Shown here: one piece after another, positions 25,188-38,202 of the stretch | How positions within the stretch are numbered: the stretch's first letter is position 1 | Layout of the letters: each line of letters starts with the position of its first letter | DNA from: Catajapyx aquilonaris | Taxonomy: Eukaryota | Assembly: GCA_000934665.2 (NCBI GenBank) | Contig: KZ538674.1 | Location: 1-54,955, forward strand | Reading direction: 5' to 3' | Length of the DNA stretch: 54,955 bases | Made by a program: the position numbers and the translations under genes | The notes under the pieces: generated by a model | Seen by the model: the letters and a program-made list of their open reading frames with translations, nothing else | Told to the model about the DNA's origin: nothing | Databases searched by the model: none

Positions 25188-28100
25188 ACTCACTCTTCCC
25201 ATGGCGTTCCTCTCAACTTTCATTTATATTTTCGACTTTCCTTCTCTGTGAAATTGACTTCACAGATAGCGTGCTGAGTGGACTTTGGAAGCTTTGAAGA
25301 ATACAGTACATTCGTGACTAAAAGTTTTCTTGCAGAAGCTCAAATTGGTTCGGATCAATTGCTTAGAAGTTCTCGTAATGCGAAGAAATATGCGACAGGT
25401 TTAGTACCTCACTTACGACCCCCCAGCAAAGAAAAGCCTGAAGGGGGAAAAAAAAAGTGTAATCGATGTTTAGACGCTTTAAACAAGACCTCGGTATAGA
25501 CAAAGCGAGGAGATTTGTTTCCATGGCGAAACTCCGCAGGGAGGCTTATAAATATCCGAGTAAAAGGCAGAAAACGTGTAGACTGTGGGGGTCTAGGATG
25601 GTATAAAAAATAAAAAAACTAGGTTTTTAAGTTTTCTGGTCACGCCTCGCGTTGTTTCAGAGTAAACAACGATCGTGGATGTAATTTGGGTTTCCACTCT
25701 CTTTCAGGGGGGCGATGGGAAATTATTTCTGCCTGGGATTTGGCGTTGATAATTTTCAGTGGGGGTGAGGATTGTAATTCACATCATTTGTGATAATAAT
25801 TGAGTGAAATGTTGGGGGCCATAATTTTTTTTGAAGCGGTGCAATAGGCGAATGCGGAAAGGTCGTTGGTAGCCAATCGCTTGTAATGAAATTTCCCGAT
25901 GTGGAAAGTATCACCCTTTCAGGATTGTAATCAGGCAAGCTTTTGTGAACAGCGTTTTAATCCTCAGTGTGTCAGTGGGTATTAACAGCAGGTAAAAATT
26001 TTTATGTTTTAAGAAAATTATTTAAATACATTGATAATACTGTTTTCATTGGGATAATCAGTGCCTGAGGAACATGTGACTATTTTCAGTTCTGTTCATG
26101 TCATAAACAACAGATTTCCACCCCCTTTTTTTGGAAGGGTTCGGGGTTCTGTTAACAACGATTTTCGATTCATCCATATTGATTTGCGAACTAGGTTAGA
26201 GGGAAATGGGCATTGTCAGGAACTGAACTGTGGGGGGACATGCATTTGGCAGATAAATGTCATTAAAAAGCAATCATAAATGGGGAGCTGGCTGGCAAAA
26301 TGTGGGAAGGGCTGGAAATGGGATTAACATGGAATGTTTTTATGGAACGTACAGAGGGAATAATAATGCATGTGGGAAACAGCGTCTAATAAGCGTGGAA
26401 AACATGAAGTAAATTATTGAAGCACAAGACACGAACGAACTAAAAAAGAAAATGTTAAGAAAACCGAGCGTCTTACCTTACTTGGGAGAGATCATTACTA
26501 ATTCTACTGGTGTTCATTTCTCTCCGCGAACGGATTGTGAAGTTAGCTAATCCCAATAAAAGACATCCTTGGGTGGAAATTATTTCGTGTACTGACTTCC
26601 AGCCAAGCGAAATTACCTCCGTGGCTAAACACAGACCCTTCCTTTCCCGTTCTATACACCCCCCCCCCCCCCCNNNNNAACGAAACATTTTCTCTGCTTT
26701 TTGGGGGAGTGTTCGGAAATTGAGAAGTTATGCTCAGATTCGTGGATTTTAGGCGGAGAGTTTGTCGCGGGAGTTTGTTGTCGTTTCCACCTGGTGGATT
26801 TCGCGAAATGAAATTTGCGGAAAGGAGGAAGTTGGGGGTTTGAAGCTTTGCAGAAATGGAGGGGGGGGGGTTATCGTTATTGGAGGTTGTGAGGGGGGTG
26901 TGGGAGGTGGTTATGAATATGCACATCTGGGACTCATTTTGAGGTATCCGTGTTTGATCTGGGGAGTAGTGTTGCGAAATTGCGAATCAACAGGCGCAGT
27001 AAAGAATTTGCGCAATCTCATTACGTGATATTTTTAATTTTGCGATTAATTACAGTCATTGTGAGGTTTTTTAAACAAGTATTTTGCAACGGATGGTTAC
27101 ATATTCATGGAAATCAAACTAGTTTTTGCTGGGATAATGATTTGAAGTGCTCTTTTCCACTTAGGATCAGTCGTATAAAATCAAATTAGAGAAAATCGCC
27201 AATTTTGTGCAGAGATTCAGATAATTTCTTCTTAATGTGTGTTCTTATAACCGATTAGTAATTTTTTCCAGTGGAATTATAATTTCCCATGCATATAGAA
27301 AAATGTGCAAAATTTTCAATTCGTAGTTAATAAGTGGCATGATTAGTCACTTACAGAGATAACTGTATTCACCAACATTATTTCAGTGGGTATTGACTGT
27401 GAGTGTAATAAAGGCTCGAAGTTAGATTGATCGGAACATAGCATACACGTTCTTTTTATTACAAAGTTGATTTATTGGTTCGGCACGTCTGGAGAATATC
27501 AGCTGACCTCCTTTGTTTTCTCCTGGCGGTTTAAGTGGAAGGTAATGAATCTCTCGCACTTGATTGGCCAATTCTGCAGTTGAGAGAGTGGAAGGGGGGA
27601 CGGTAAATAATCTGCTAGCGCCAGCAGATCTATTCATTTAAATTCGACCATGGGAGAGATGGGCTGGTGTGGGCATCAGCAAACCTGTTTGTTCGCAGAA
27701 TTTGAAGTGGATGTCGGGTGGGGTGGAAGGTGGGGTGGGGTTCCCTTTTGGCTGAATTAAATTCTCAATTTTGTTTTAATTAATCCCGAAATCGCCCGAT
27801 TTCAAGTGGGTACGGACCTCATTCGGGGGAAAGCCAAGTTGTTTTGTGTGGATTCCGAGTGTTTCTGTCATTCAAATGAGAGTATTTTGGATCCATCAAT
27901 CAATAGTAAATATTGCTCTGCTCCGAACTGAATATGATGAAATCCAGCAGCACCTTTGCCAGTTGGCACCACCTTGCATATGCGCTGCTTTAGGCACACA
28001 TCAGCGAGGTACAAAAAAATATCATTAGGAATCTGATTACGATAACCGGATTATGGAATTGTGGTTTTGCTGAATGCGGCTTGACACACATAGCATGCTG

Positions 28101-31100
28101 CATCAATATACCAGCACAATTCTGCTGTTCTGAACCCGTTGTCTGGACAGCACCATTGTGTCGATGATAATATTTTGAGAACAAATGATAGCCCTCGATA
28201 TATAAAACTGGGGAGGGGAGCATATCATCCATTTTATAGAGCCCAACTTGTCAAAAGTAGAAGCTGGCTAAAAAACCATGAGGCTTGCTGGAGCGAGCCT
28301 GGAACCAATTCCTTTTCAGAAGGAGGGCGATGGGAATAATCCCATATTGATTAAGGCGGGGAACTGCCGATGGGATGACCTTTATTCCTCCTTTTCCCTC
28401 CCTTGCCTCTGCTCTCAAAATCCGCTCCTCAATATAACGAATAGGCTTCGTCTACTATAGTTTGGTCTTCGGCGCTCCTGAAGATGGACTTAGTACCGTC
28501 TTCACGCCCGGGGAGATAAAGCAAAGACCGCAATCCTGCCTGGAGTTATCTGTAATCCCAATGGCGGACCTTGGGGATTTAACTGGATTCACTCACTATC
28601 TATATCTGCCCACACAAGTCCCCCCCCNCCCCCGAAAAAAAAGTTCCGACCCCCTTAGTAGTACTGTCACAAATCGTCTAACTGTAAATTAGCAATATTT
28701 AATTACAATGTTTGCGAAAATTTGGCTGGTTTTTTTGCGCATTTGTTCATTACCACTATTAAGCCTCGTGTGTACCGTATCCTTGTAATTATGTTACGTT
28801 AATGGCTGAATAATTACTCATATGTAGGAGGCCTGAGACAGCCTTCAGTTTAATTTATTATAGTTCTGCCATTAGAGTGTCGCGTCGTAATTTGTAGAAC
28901 CATAATTTAGAGGATCACTGGTGCAGTATGAGTATATTTTAGAGGGGCGGAGTTGGTTGCTTGCACAATAGATGGCGAGAGCTGGTATAATACCCGAATT
29001 AGTACTGGGTTACTTATTAAGTTTATGTCGAATATTTGTACCTGATTGGTCACATATTCTCACATAATATTAATTAATCGAAAGGCTGTAGGTTTGCTGC
29101 GAGCCATGTTATAATGAAGACCTCTGACATTTTCAGGAGACTTATTGGATAATAATTATATTATTGGTAAATATTGCGGAAATAAATTGCACGAGCCGGG
29201 TGACAATATGCGCATCATTGTGTTGCCACTAAGCAGTGTAAGCTTCTGAAATGAGCTTATGATAAGTAGCTGAAAACTTGTCGAATATATACGTTGTGAA
29301 TACCTGCTCTTTACAAACTCTAGCTGTTTCATTAATTTTTTGAGACACATTTTCGCATCTGACTTATCAATTGCTGTTAAATCGACTGATTAATTAAGAA
29401 TTGAATTTTTGTAAAATTGATCGGGCGAAGGAATTTTCGATATTGGCATCAATTCCAGCTTGTGCAAATTTTGCACGCCAGCTTGACTCTGATTGGGAAA
29501 CCTGCTCAAGATTTGTTAAGGAGGGTAATATTGTCTTCCTTCCCCTTCCTCTCTCCGGGAAAACGAGCAGTACTCAATCGTCATCACTAGGACGGCTTAA
29601 AAGGAGGCCTTGCATGGCTGCAGCAAGCCCCCCAATAATTGCAGGGATTACAAGCATCCTATTTGGGCTGGATACAAGACCTCTAAACAGGGGGCTGGGT
29701 CCCACCCATTTTCATAGACAGGCCACAGGAACTATAACTGGAAAGGGGGGGGGGGGTAAGGATGCAAGGGGGGCCTAATTAGTAATTACTTTTCGGAAAA
29801 GGTGGAAAGTTGTGTTATTCTGGTGGTATTCCCAAAACCCTATTGTAAATCCCATAATGAAATTAACAGCTTCTCTGTAACTGCCATCCGGTCCCAATTA
29901 GCATGCCGCCACCATTAGTTTCGTTAATTCGTTTGGGCAAAGGCGCAGTTTTGGGTTAGCCAAAGGGAGTTCGAGGGGGTAACTGTCTAGGAAAACCCCC
30001 CCTCTTGGAAAGTCCCAGGGCTATTAGTTACTTTCTGGATAGATCGTAGGGTCTTTGGGGGGAGATTTTGGGATACTTAGGCTTTGGACTATTTTAAGAA
30101 TTTTGTGAAGCGTCTTATAGGGTCGAGTCACTGCCAATGAGTATTCTTGCTTATTCGACCAAACTGTGGTGTACTACTGTCCAATTGTTGCAGACACTGG
30201 TACATTGTGAGTGCGTACTTTTCTATGGTGGTTGGTACTGGCACTTATGTAGATAAAATGTACTATATAGTGGCAGTTGCTCCATTGCTCTCTTGCTGTC
30301 TCCCGGATTTCCCGTCTGTCAAGAGGAGCACCCCGTGTCAGAACCCGTTTGTCTAACAATAGGCTTAAAATCTGAAATCCGCAAACGAGGGCCTCTTTTT
30401 TTTTGAGAGAGAGAGAAAAGTCGAAAAAAAAGTGGAAAGCTGAAAAAAAAACTCCAGAGACTCTTGAGTTCATCTTCCTTGTAAGCTTCTTAGAGACTTC
30501 GTCTTGCCTTGACTTTGTTGCGGGCTTTTGCTACGAATAGAATTAGCCTCCTTCTCTTTTGTGATTTCTTTCCTCGGCTGCAACCGTTTCGGGGCGGAAA
30601 TTTTCAAAGAGGGAAAAAAAGATGGGGGAAGGTAGTGGGGGAGAAAAAAAAGGGAAGCCCCGAGTGGGTTTGCAGAGTCGCGCTGTCAGCTGGATTCTTT
30701 GGGAACATTTGATACTCCGCGCGGGAGAAATTTGAGGTCCGGAGGGCGTTAGGAGTGGTACAAAAAGAACAATTCTTGTTAGTCGCGCAGGAATTGCATC
30801 TGCTTGTGGAGCAAGGGTTTAGAGCCCCTAGGCACCCACACCGCACACCGAACCGTATAAAAGCCTGGCTAAACAAATGCACTCGTATATCACTCCTGTG
30901 CTCATCTTGGCGTAAAAAGTGTGGTTAACCGCCTGCGCACATGACCACGGAATTACTGCTGCATTACCAGGGACATGCGGTTATGCTATACTGCTGGATG
31001 GAAGAGACAGTAATCCAAGATGGCTGGCAGAATGTTTCAAAATGGCTGTAGAACCCCCCAAAATTGAGTTTACAGGATGTCATTAGCGCTTGGTAGGTGG

Positions 31101-31329
31101 CAAATCTTGTTTGATGGAAGTCTTGATTTTAGCATCGAGGGACCTGAAATGGGACGAGGATTCGGTTATTGGGAGACTGGTTTCAAGCAAATGGATATTG
31201 GATTCGCTGGTTGCAATATGTCGATTGCCATTTAACGTCTGGAAGGTAGGTAGGCCAAGGTCGATTACATTGGAGAAATCAAGTTTAGTGTCTTTTTAGC
31301 GATATGAATAGACGACATCGGCTTGATAT

Positions 31330-31514
31330 TGTGACGACCCCGGGTCCGCCCCGCGCCCAACCCCCAAGAAAACCAAGGCCACCTCCTTAGTACACCTCCT
31401 TAGTACAGACTCTCTCGACTCTGGATACAACTTTACTCTCCCCTGGCCAAGGCCAGGGAAGCAGTGCGCATGCCCCGCCCACATCACATGACCTGTAGGT
31501 GGCGGGTCCTCATA
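31330..31514. mobile_element. Probable solo LTR (185 bp, Gypsy-like 4-bp TSD ATAT)
   Basis: Starts TGTGACGACCCCGGGT and ends GGGTCCTCATA (9/11 match to the GGGTCGTCACA inverted terminus). Flanked by ATAT at 31326-31329 and 31515-31518. Its first 16 nt are the exact reverse complement of 45769-45784, which abuts a tRNA-Lys PBS. Internal 13-bp tandem duplication CACCTCCTTAGTA. Confidence 0.62.
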
Positions 31515-33448
31515 ATATGGCGACGGTGACTAAGGCGTGCCCATGCGCATATGCAGTATCCATACTCGCCCATGCGCATAACGTTTGAGTGGGTGGAGTC
31601 TAGTGAATCGTCGGACTGAATCCACGTGGCGAATTCCTGCAATCTCGAGCTAGATTTAACGTCCAAAATGCACGACGCGATTGGCATTAATTTGCATAGC
31701 AGTCGCCCAAAGACCGATGACCGACTATAACCTTAGTCAAATCAGCTTTCCAGGTCTGGAATCTGGGGGGGGGGGTCCTGATAAATGAGTGCTTCTGCGA
31801 GAGAAAAAGGAAACTGTTCTGATTTACGACGGGGCTACCAATGCGATTGGAATCTCATGGCACCTGAGAGAATTACACATCGTACTCAGAAGCACTTCAT
31901 CTGCGAAAAGTCGTTGGCGTAGTATCGAACAAGTTGGGATGGAATGAAATGGGTATAGTGGGAGGAAACACATCCTCCTCCCAGGTCTTTTAGCGCGTAC
32001 GATACGACATGAGCTCTCTAGATATTTGATTATCCTCCGCTTCTCTTGGGGGGCATTTCACGTCTGCGCCTTTATCTATTCCTGGCGTGTTACCCCTCCT
32101 TTTCGGCGGCGATTTCTCCTGGTTGCCACGGTGAGAGCTCCCTGATTTATTCCTACTGTAAGACGAGTGGTCGAAGAACTAGAAGAAGGAAGGAGGGGGA
32201 TGGTGGAAGGAAAGAGGAGGGGAGAAAGATGTGGGGCATTTCCAGAAAGCGAAACTTTCCACTTCCACTTCATTCTCGCCTTTTGAATAACTAATGAGGT
32301 CGTTTCCGATTCTGATTTGCGCCCGAGGAGATAGTTGGTTTAAAATTGGCCTGTCGTGAAGATGCCAAAGCTTGCTGCCGAGGAACGAATGCGTTTTTTT
32401 TTCCCCCCGGAAGGAGAACCGTCCTTTCCTGTTTGCTTATACATGAGCAAGTTTTATTATGAGACACGCCCGCTACATTTTCAGGAAGGTGCGTTTTGAG
32501 TGATGGTGTTCGGGAATATGTGCGAATTTATAGGCCAAAAATGATGCTGTTGAACAAAAGTTTTTGGAGAAGAAAGAAAACCATTTGAGATGAAGGAAAT
32601 GTCAGGAGACTTATCTTTTAATGTAACCCTGGACTACTGAAGTATTACATTTCAAACCGGCCAGGAATTTCCCCATAATTTTGCATTCGCATTAATAACT
32701 TCCGCCGCCTTTGTCTTTTTTTCGCCCCTTTCTCTTGATGTACGAACAAAGACCTAATGACACACCTCCTCCATGGAATTCCATCCCCATCTCCCCAGTA
32801 GTTCTAATTACATCATTAATGAATCCAGATTCGAATCCCATTCAAGACTTTGGAGTCAGAAATGGTCGGAGGGGTCCATGGAAAAAAGCACCTAGACAAA
32901 AGGCAAGATGTCAACAAAAGGGGGCGAAATAAAGTGCCTTTGCTCGTCTCCGGTTTTCCAACGGCAATCGGAGAGCCTCCCAAGAAAATGGGCCCTGGAG
33001 AGGGATGTGTGCAGCCCTCGAGACAAATCGGTTTCATTTCCGCGCCTAATTGAAAAGGTCTGGCACTAACCAGATCCCTGATTCGTCCTGAAGATTGTTA
33101 ACTAAACTCTGAGCTGGTTTAATTGGCGATTTATTGAGGGGGCAGGGACTTAAGTTTTGGGAGGAATTTTGCACCCATAAGGTTGAGGAATGGGGTCCTA
33201 GCTAGTCTTGGTCTGGGATTTGGGAAATTTGTACACGAACAGCTCAACCATACATGTAAACAAGCATTCCACCACTTTTCAGCACCTAAATGTCACAACT
33301 CGATCAATTATCGCGGGTTTAAATGCCGCTTAAAATTGGCGGGAAAAGGGGGCGTGGCCTAAAAGGCGCATTCCTGTTCCTGCCTAACCACGATGACGTC
33401 AGCAGACCGGTGCATCTGCTTTACTTGGTCGTTCGATTCCGTTGGTAG

Positions 33449-33609
33449 GGTCACCAACAATGCAAACAAACAAACAAAGCAGCCCGGATGCGTTCCTGCC
33501 TCTGCACCGATCTGTTTAGCCTCAGTGACGTCAGAGGGCAATACGATACCTGTACCGTATAATAAGTATGATTTTAGATTGATCGCAGCTCGAAAACTAA
33601 TATGCATTT
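33449..33609 (+). repeat. Dispersed repeat family D, copy 2
   Basis: Inverted homolog of 19410-19536 with a (CAAA)n expansion and an insertion of about 19 bp. Confidence 0.8.
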
Positions 33610-35063
33610 CTTCAAACAAAAAAACATCAAAATTCTTCTAAAAATTATGACGATTATTTATGGGAAGTAGGCTAAGACCCAATTATTGCGATGTCGTTCG
33701 ATCGTTAGTTGTTCAGGTACTATAACACGCAAAAAGATTGTCTTCACAGCAAATTGGAATATTGTATAGACATGACCTTGTTTTCTGTTTATCCTGACTG
33801 TTCAGGGCAGTCCCGTGAGCCTCTCTTGTGTTGCGGGCATGACTAACAGGCAGGATGAACCTGTTTTCAACTCGTACATGATTTTTTGGTCGTGGTTCCC
33901 CGTTCGAAATGTGGGCGCATTGATTGAGATTCAGCACCAAGTTTAATTGAGTGTGATTCGCCTAATCTGCTTACATTTGCCACGGACTAGGTGCTGAGAA
34001 GGAAGAGGGCGTGTGACACGATCCGGCACTTTACAGGGGAGGGGTTACTCAATATTCCGGAAATGTACTGGACATCCATTATCTTGATGTGTGTGTAACG
34101 TAACACTATGATAATGTGTCTTGCAATATTTAGGCGACGTTTTTTTTTCGTCTGGCTTAAATAGATAGACTTCGGATAATTGGGCTGATTTAGCATTAAT
34201 CATGCCTTCCCCTGGATGCAGCGAAGGCTACTCATTAATCTGTTTATCTGGTTAGCGTTCTATAGCCACGGATTAGCCGACTATCGGTAAATAGCGGGGG
34301 CATTGATTCGGCAGCAGTTTGCCTTGGCGTCCGAAATTACTCCGGTTTGCCTTTTACGAGAGGAACCGTATACCCGGAGTTGACCACCAGTGTTGACTGC
34401 CCCTAGCCCAATCAATGCGCACAATTTTGCGAGTCAACACGCCTGCAGGGAGGATTATCTGCTGATTATCGCAGGAGGAACACAGTTATTTACAACCCAA
34501 TGCACAAAAGCTCTCAGTTTCCCCTACCCTCTCTGCTTTTGTGTGCAACCGGTTTTTGTAATGTTGTTAACTGCATTGCTGTTTAAAAAAAAAACTGGAG
34601 TTTACACTCGGATGGTCATATGGGTACAGCCCTGGTCAAATTCGTGTGGTATTTTCCTGGGTTTGAAATATGATTGGGAAACTATATAGATGGGGACATT
34701 TCTCTGGTGGAATCCGTCTCAGTCCCGTGAAAAATGCCTCCCACAGAAAAAAAACACCCTCTCTTTCCACTACATGTTTTTCAACCCCCGAGCCCAATCA
34801 CGCGGACTGCAAGTTTGGGTCTGGCTGCGGTCGTTTTGGTCGCTGAGATTGACGGGAATGTTGCCTCCATGGGGGGGGGGGGGGTGGAACTGAGCTTGAG
34901 GGATTTCGATGGGGGCATTTTCACAATCAGTTCCAACATAGTCGGATACCCCCACAAAATGTATATGCTCCCAGGGTTCTAATGTATCTGAAATTCGGGG
35001 GGAAAGGTATTGATAGGTTACGTTTTCACCACGTGGTTCGAATGGGCTTGAATTGATTTTGGT

Positions 35064-35101
35064 AGTGCTGGACATTAATGGCGTCACTAATGTCCAGAAC
35101 T
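35064..35101. mobile_element. Collapsed family A element (two TIR tips only)
   Basis: AGTGCTGGACATTAAT-GGCGTC-ACTAATGTCCAGAACT: both family A TIRs separated by 6 bp. Confidence 0.7.
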
Positions 35102-35840
35102 TTATACGTATAAACTATAGAGATGGACACCTAATTGACAAATTGACACTTTGGGTCGATGACAAAGTGGGCTAACCTTCTCCACCGGATGCTGAGATGG
35201 ATTGGGAGCACTTTTCTTCCAAGGTGATTGATCTTGTTCAACTGATTGCCTGTTATTGCCTGGTTTTTTTTGACCGGTTGCTTCAACTTATAGGTCTATT
35301 TGCTGATCCTTCATATCCATGCAGAATCCTGACAATGTCAGCATTATACGAAGTGATTCCAGCAGACGTAGATTTTTATTTCTCTCTAGAATTTCGATCC
35401 GGGAACATGAGCAGTGAGGCGCAAACGACGTTAATTCCGGAAAATTCACGGTCCAGAGGTGACGGCGGTAATATTCCGGGTCATCAATGGCCTAATGAGA
35501 ATACAAATTTGTGTGGGGTGGGGGGGGAAGGCTTTAGTTCGGGTATGGTCGTTAGTCCTCCGGAACTATGGATTGCTGAGGGGTGGAAGTTTGGACTCGA
35601 ACTGAATTTCTGACAAACCCCCTCCCATGGATTGTGTCCAGGTGCAGCGTTTTTGATGAATGTTTTTTATACTCTGGTGCAGGTGTGGATGGGTTCACTT
35701 TATGGTCCGGGCGAGCCGGGACAGGACCGCATTCAGTGATTTTTAAGTCATAAAAATTTCCGCCCGTTTGGAAATAATGCATGGTTGATTCCCAAGCCAC
35801 CATGTTTCAAATGAAAATTTTCGCACGAGTTAGGGTATAT

Positions 35841-35893
35841 GGGGACATCATGTGGATGGCACATATGGAGACATCATGTGGATGGCACATATG
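35841..35893 (+). repeat. 26-bp tandem duplication
   Basis: GG(G/A)GACATCATGTGGATGGCACATAT twice. Confidence 0.9.
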
Positions 35894-36950
35894 TCATCCA
35901 GATGTAATTACGAGAATTGCTGAAAAGCTTGAAGCTGCCAGATTGCTCAATTTTCTTTCCTTAGAAGCCAACTCGATCCGTCAATTGGCACCTCAAGATT
36001 GTGTTGGAAATAAGACAGAAATCCAGTAGAAAATCCTTTGTCACGGAAGGATTCTCGGAACAAAAAGGGGGGAAGGTGGGGATATACGTTTCGACGGCCA
36101 CTCACAAGGAGCAACCTACCTTTTTTTCCGTATTTTATCCGGAAGCTCACCTCCCAAGAGGCAGTTGGAGGTCTGCCCCAGTTCGGCAATCAGGAGGGAT
36201 TTGGGCCGTGGTTGCGGAGAAGAATGGCACCGACGTGAGAGACATGTTCCTATAGAGAGAGAAAAAAAAGAAGGAATGGGGNGGGGCATTTCCTCCAAGT
36301 TAGGATGGATCTCATGTCGGGGGGCTCTGAATCTCAACGAGAGGAGATGGCCCCGGATCTTTTCCCACCCTGCCACCCTCACTTTCCGGATTCTTCCTCT
36401 TTTCTTCGCCCACTGGAAATAAGCTTCATTTGCTACTGATGAAATGGGAGCTGAACGGAATTTGTTGCTGGAGGTTGCTAGAGGAGGGGGATTTTCACTT
36501 GGTGTACTCCCACCATGTCTGTCGTATATAGGCGACCGATTTGGGTCGTGGCCAAATTTGAAGAGGATCGATTGTTGTTTCGTGACCTGTTGGTTCGGAA
36601 GTAATGAGCGTGGAACTGCGGCATTTGGACGCCATGTTGGCTCCACGTGGAAGATGCCTTTTTTTGTTTTTTTGTTTTTTTGTTTTTTTGTCAGGCGCTT
36701 ATGTGCGGCCAAGGGATTGGTTCTTATGGTGGGGCTTATGGCAAATCATTAGCCCTATGATATGTTGAGGGTGAGCACAAAGCATCAACATTATACTTGC
36801 ACAAGTGCAGAAAATACTGACAAAATGTAAAACGCTTTGGGAAGAAATGGTCCATTGTCACTTTGTAGGATTTAAGCTCGCTCTAGTGTGTTGTAAGTTG
36901 TCAGTAAGCGATCCTCTTATGTTTAGGAGGATTTAATTCATGCGCGCATA

Positions 36951-36986
36951 TTAATCCTCTCTATTTTTCTCTCCTTCCAGGTAAGA
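36951..36986 (+). promoter_or_regulatory. Candidate recursive splice site / strong splice acceptor (AG|GT at 36980/36981)
   Basis: TTAAT branch-like motif, long pyrimidine tract CCTCTCTATTTTTCTCTCCTTC, CAG immediately followed by GTAAGA. Confidence 0.65.
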
Positions 36987-37831
36987 CCCGAGCCTCTTCA
37001 ACCCGACATGATGGTCAACATCCAGCAAGAGCCGTTTAAAAGGTCTCATTTCCTAAACGAGTTGCAATTTTAATTGGATTGACAGTTTCCATTAGTGAGA
37101 TAGAACTTGGTCGGAGATGAAAGGAAGGCTGAATCGATTCGGCAGGGCACATGTGTGTTAAAGGCAGATGTAATGTTACAAGGGGGTGGGGTTCGGGAGT
37201 GTGCATGTGAACCGCTAAGGGCTGGCAGTCTCATGTGATAAATGCAATGCATGCATTATCATGGCCGGTAATGACGCAGCTAAATATTGATGAATGAACG
37301 GCGGTAACACTCATCAATTAAAATGATAATTGGCGTCAACACATGCAATTTTTATCATGGTAGACGACCCCCACGTTTTCGACCCTATAGATAACTATGC
37401 AACTCTGCGTTTGATTTATGCCCCTAAACGACTTCGATAAGACTTTCCCCCAGCGCCGAAATCATTTCCAAGAGAGAGGATGACGAGGACGGGTCATAAT
37501 GGCGGCAGCAAAGTCTGTTGGGGAAACTCCCTGTGTTAATACAGGTATTCCGTAGTGGGTGGGTTGTGTATAGGACTAAAGCCACAGCCCAGTTTCTGCG
37601 GTAGAGCCAGCTAACGATCCAATGTTCCTTAGTCCCTTTTGAGATGAGTCCAGGACACTGTCGAGTCCCAGCAGGATTTGCGCCAGAGCGGATTATGCAT
37701 AAGGTTCCTGGAGCTCAGTCAAGAACCTGGAGGGGGGAAAAAATGCGATATTATCTAACCAGATGACAGGATTGAAATTGTAATGCTTTAATTTATAACA
37801 AGATTCTCGGAAGCGGGATGAGAGTATTGTA

Positions 37832-38202
37832 CAGGGTGGTGCATTGACCCTGTGTACACTGTACAGTTCAGGTGGAAGAAATGGGCGGATTATTCATTCC
37901 TGGGACTATTTACTCACGAGATTATTTTTCTATTGGTTTTTCGCTCAATTTGAATTACAGTGTGCTGTTTCTATATGCTCGTTCATATTGGTTTTGTCCT
38001 TGCTTCCTGCTGAATTAGAATTATCTGCCAACTCTCTAAATTAATATGAATTTGAAGGAAATTACTGTGGAGAGTAGAAGTAACTACACTATCGAAATAA
38101 CGTCAAGGGAGTGAAGAATATGTCGGGAATTTTCATTATTTTTAAATAATTGGTAGAGTATACTTGTAACTTCTGTTGAACCTGGGGCAGTGCACCACCC
38201 TG
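37832..38202. mobile_element. 371-bp non-autonomous TIR element
   Basis: CAGGGTGGTGCATTGACCC (37832-37850) versus GGGGCAGTGCACCACCCTG (38184-38202), 17/19 complementary; AT-rich interior; TA on the left flank only. Confidence 0.6.

Noticed and set aside
37586..37680. tRNA/SINE-like boxes (CGGTAGAGC ... GTCGAGTCCC)
   Set aside because: Spacing is too long and no cloverleaf stems could be built.
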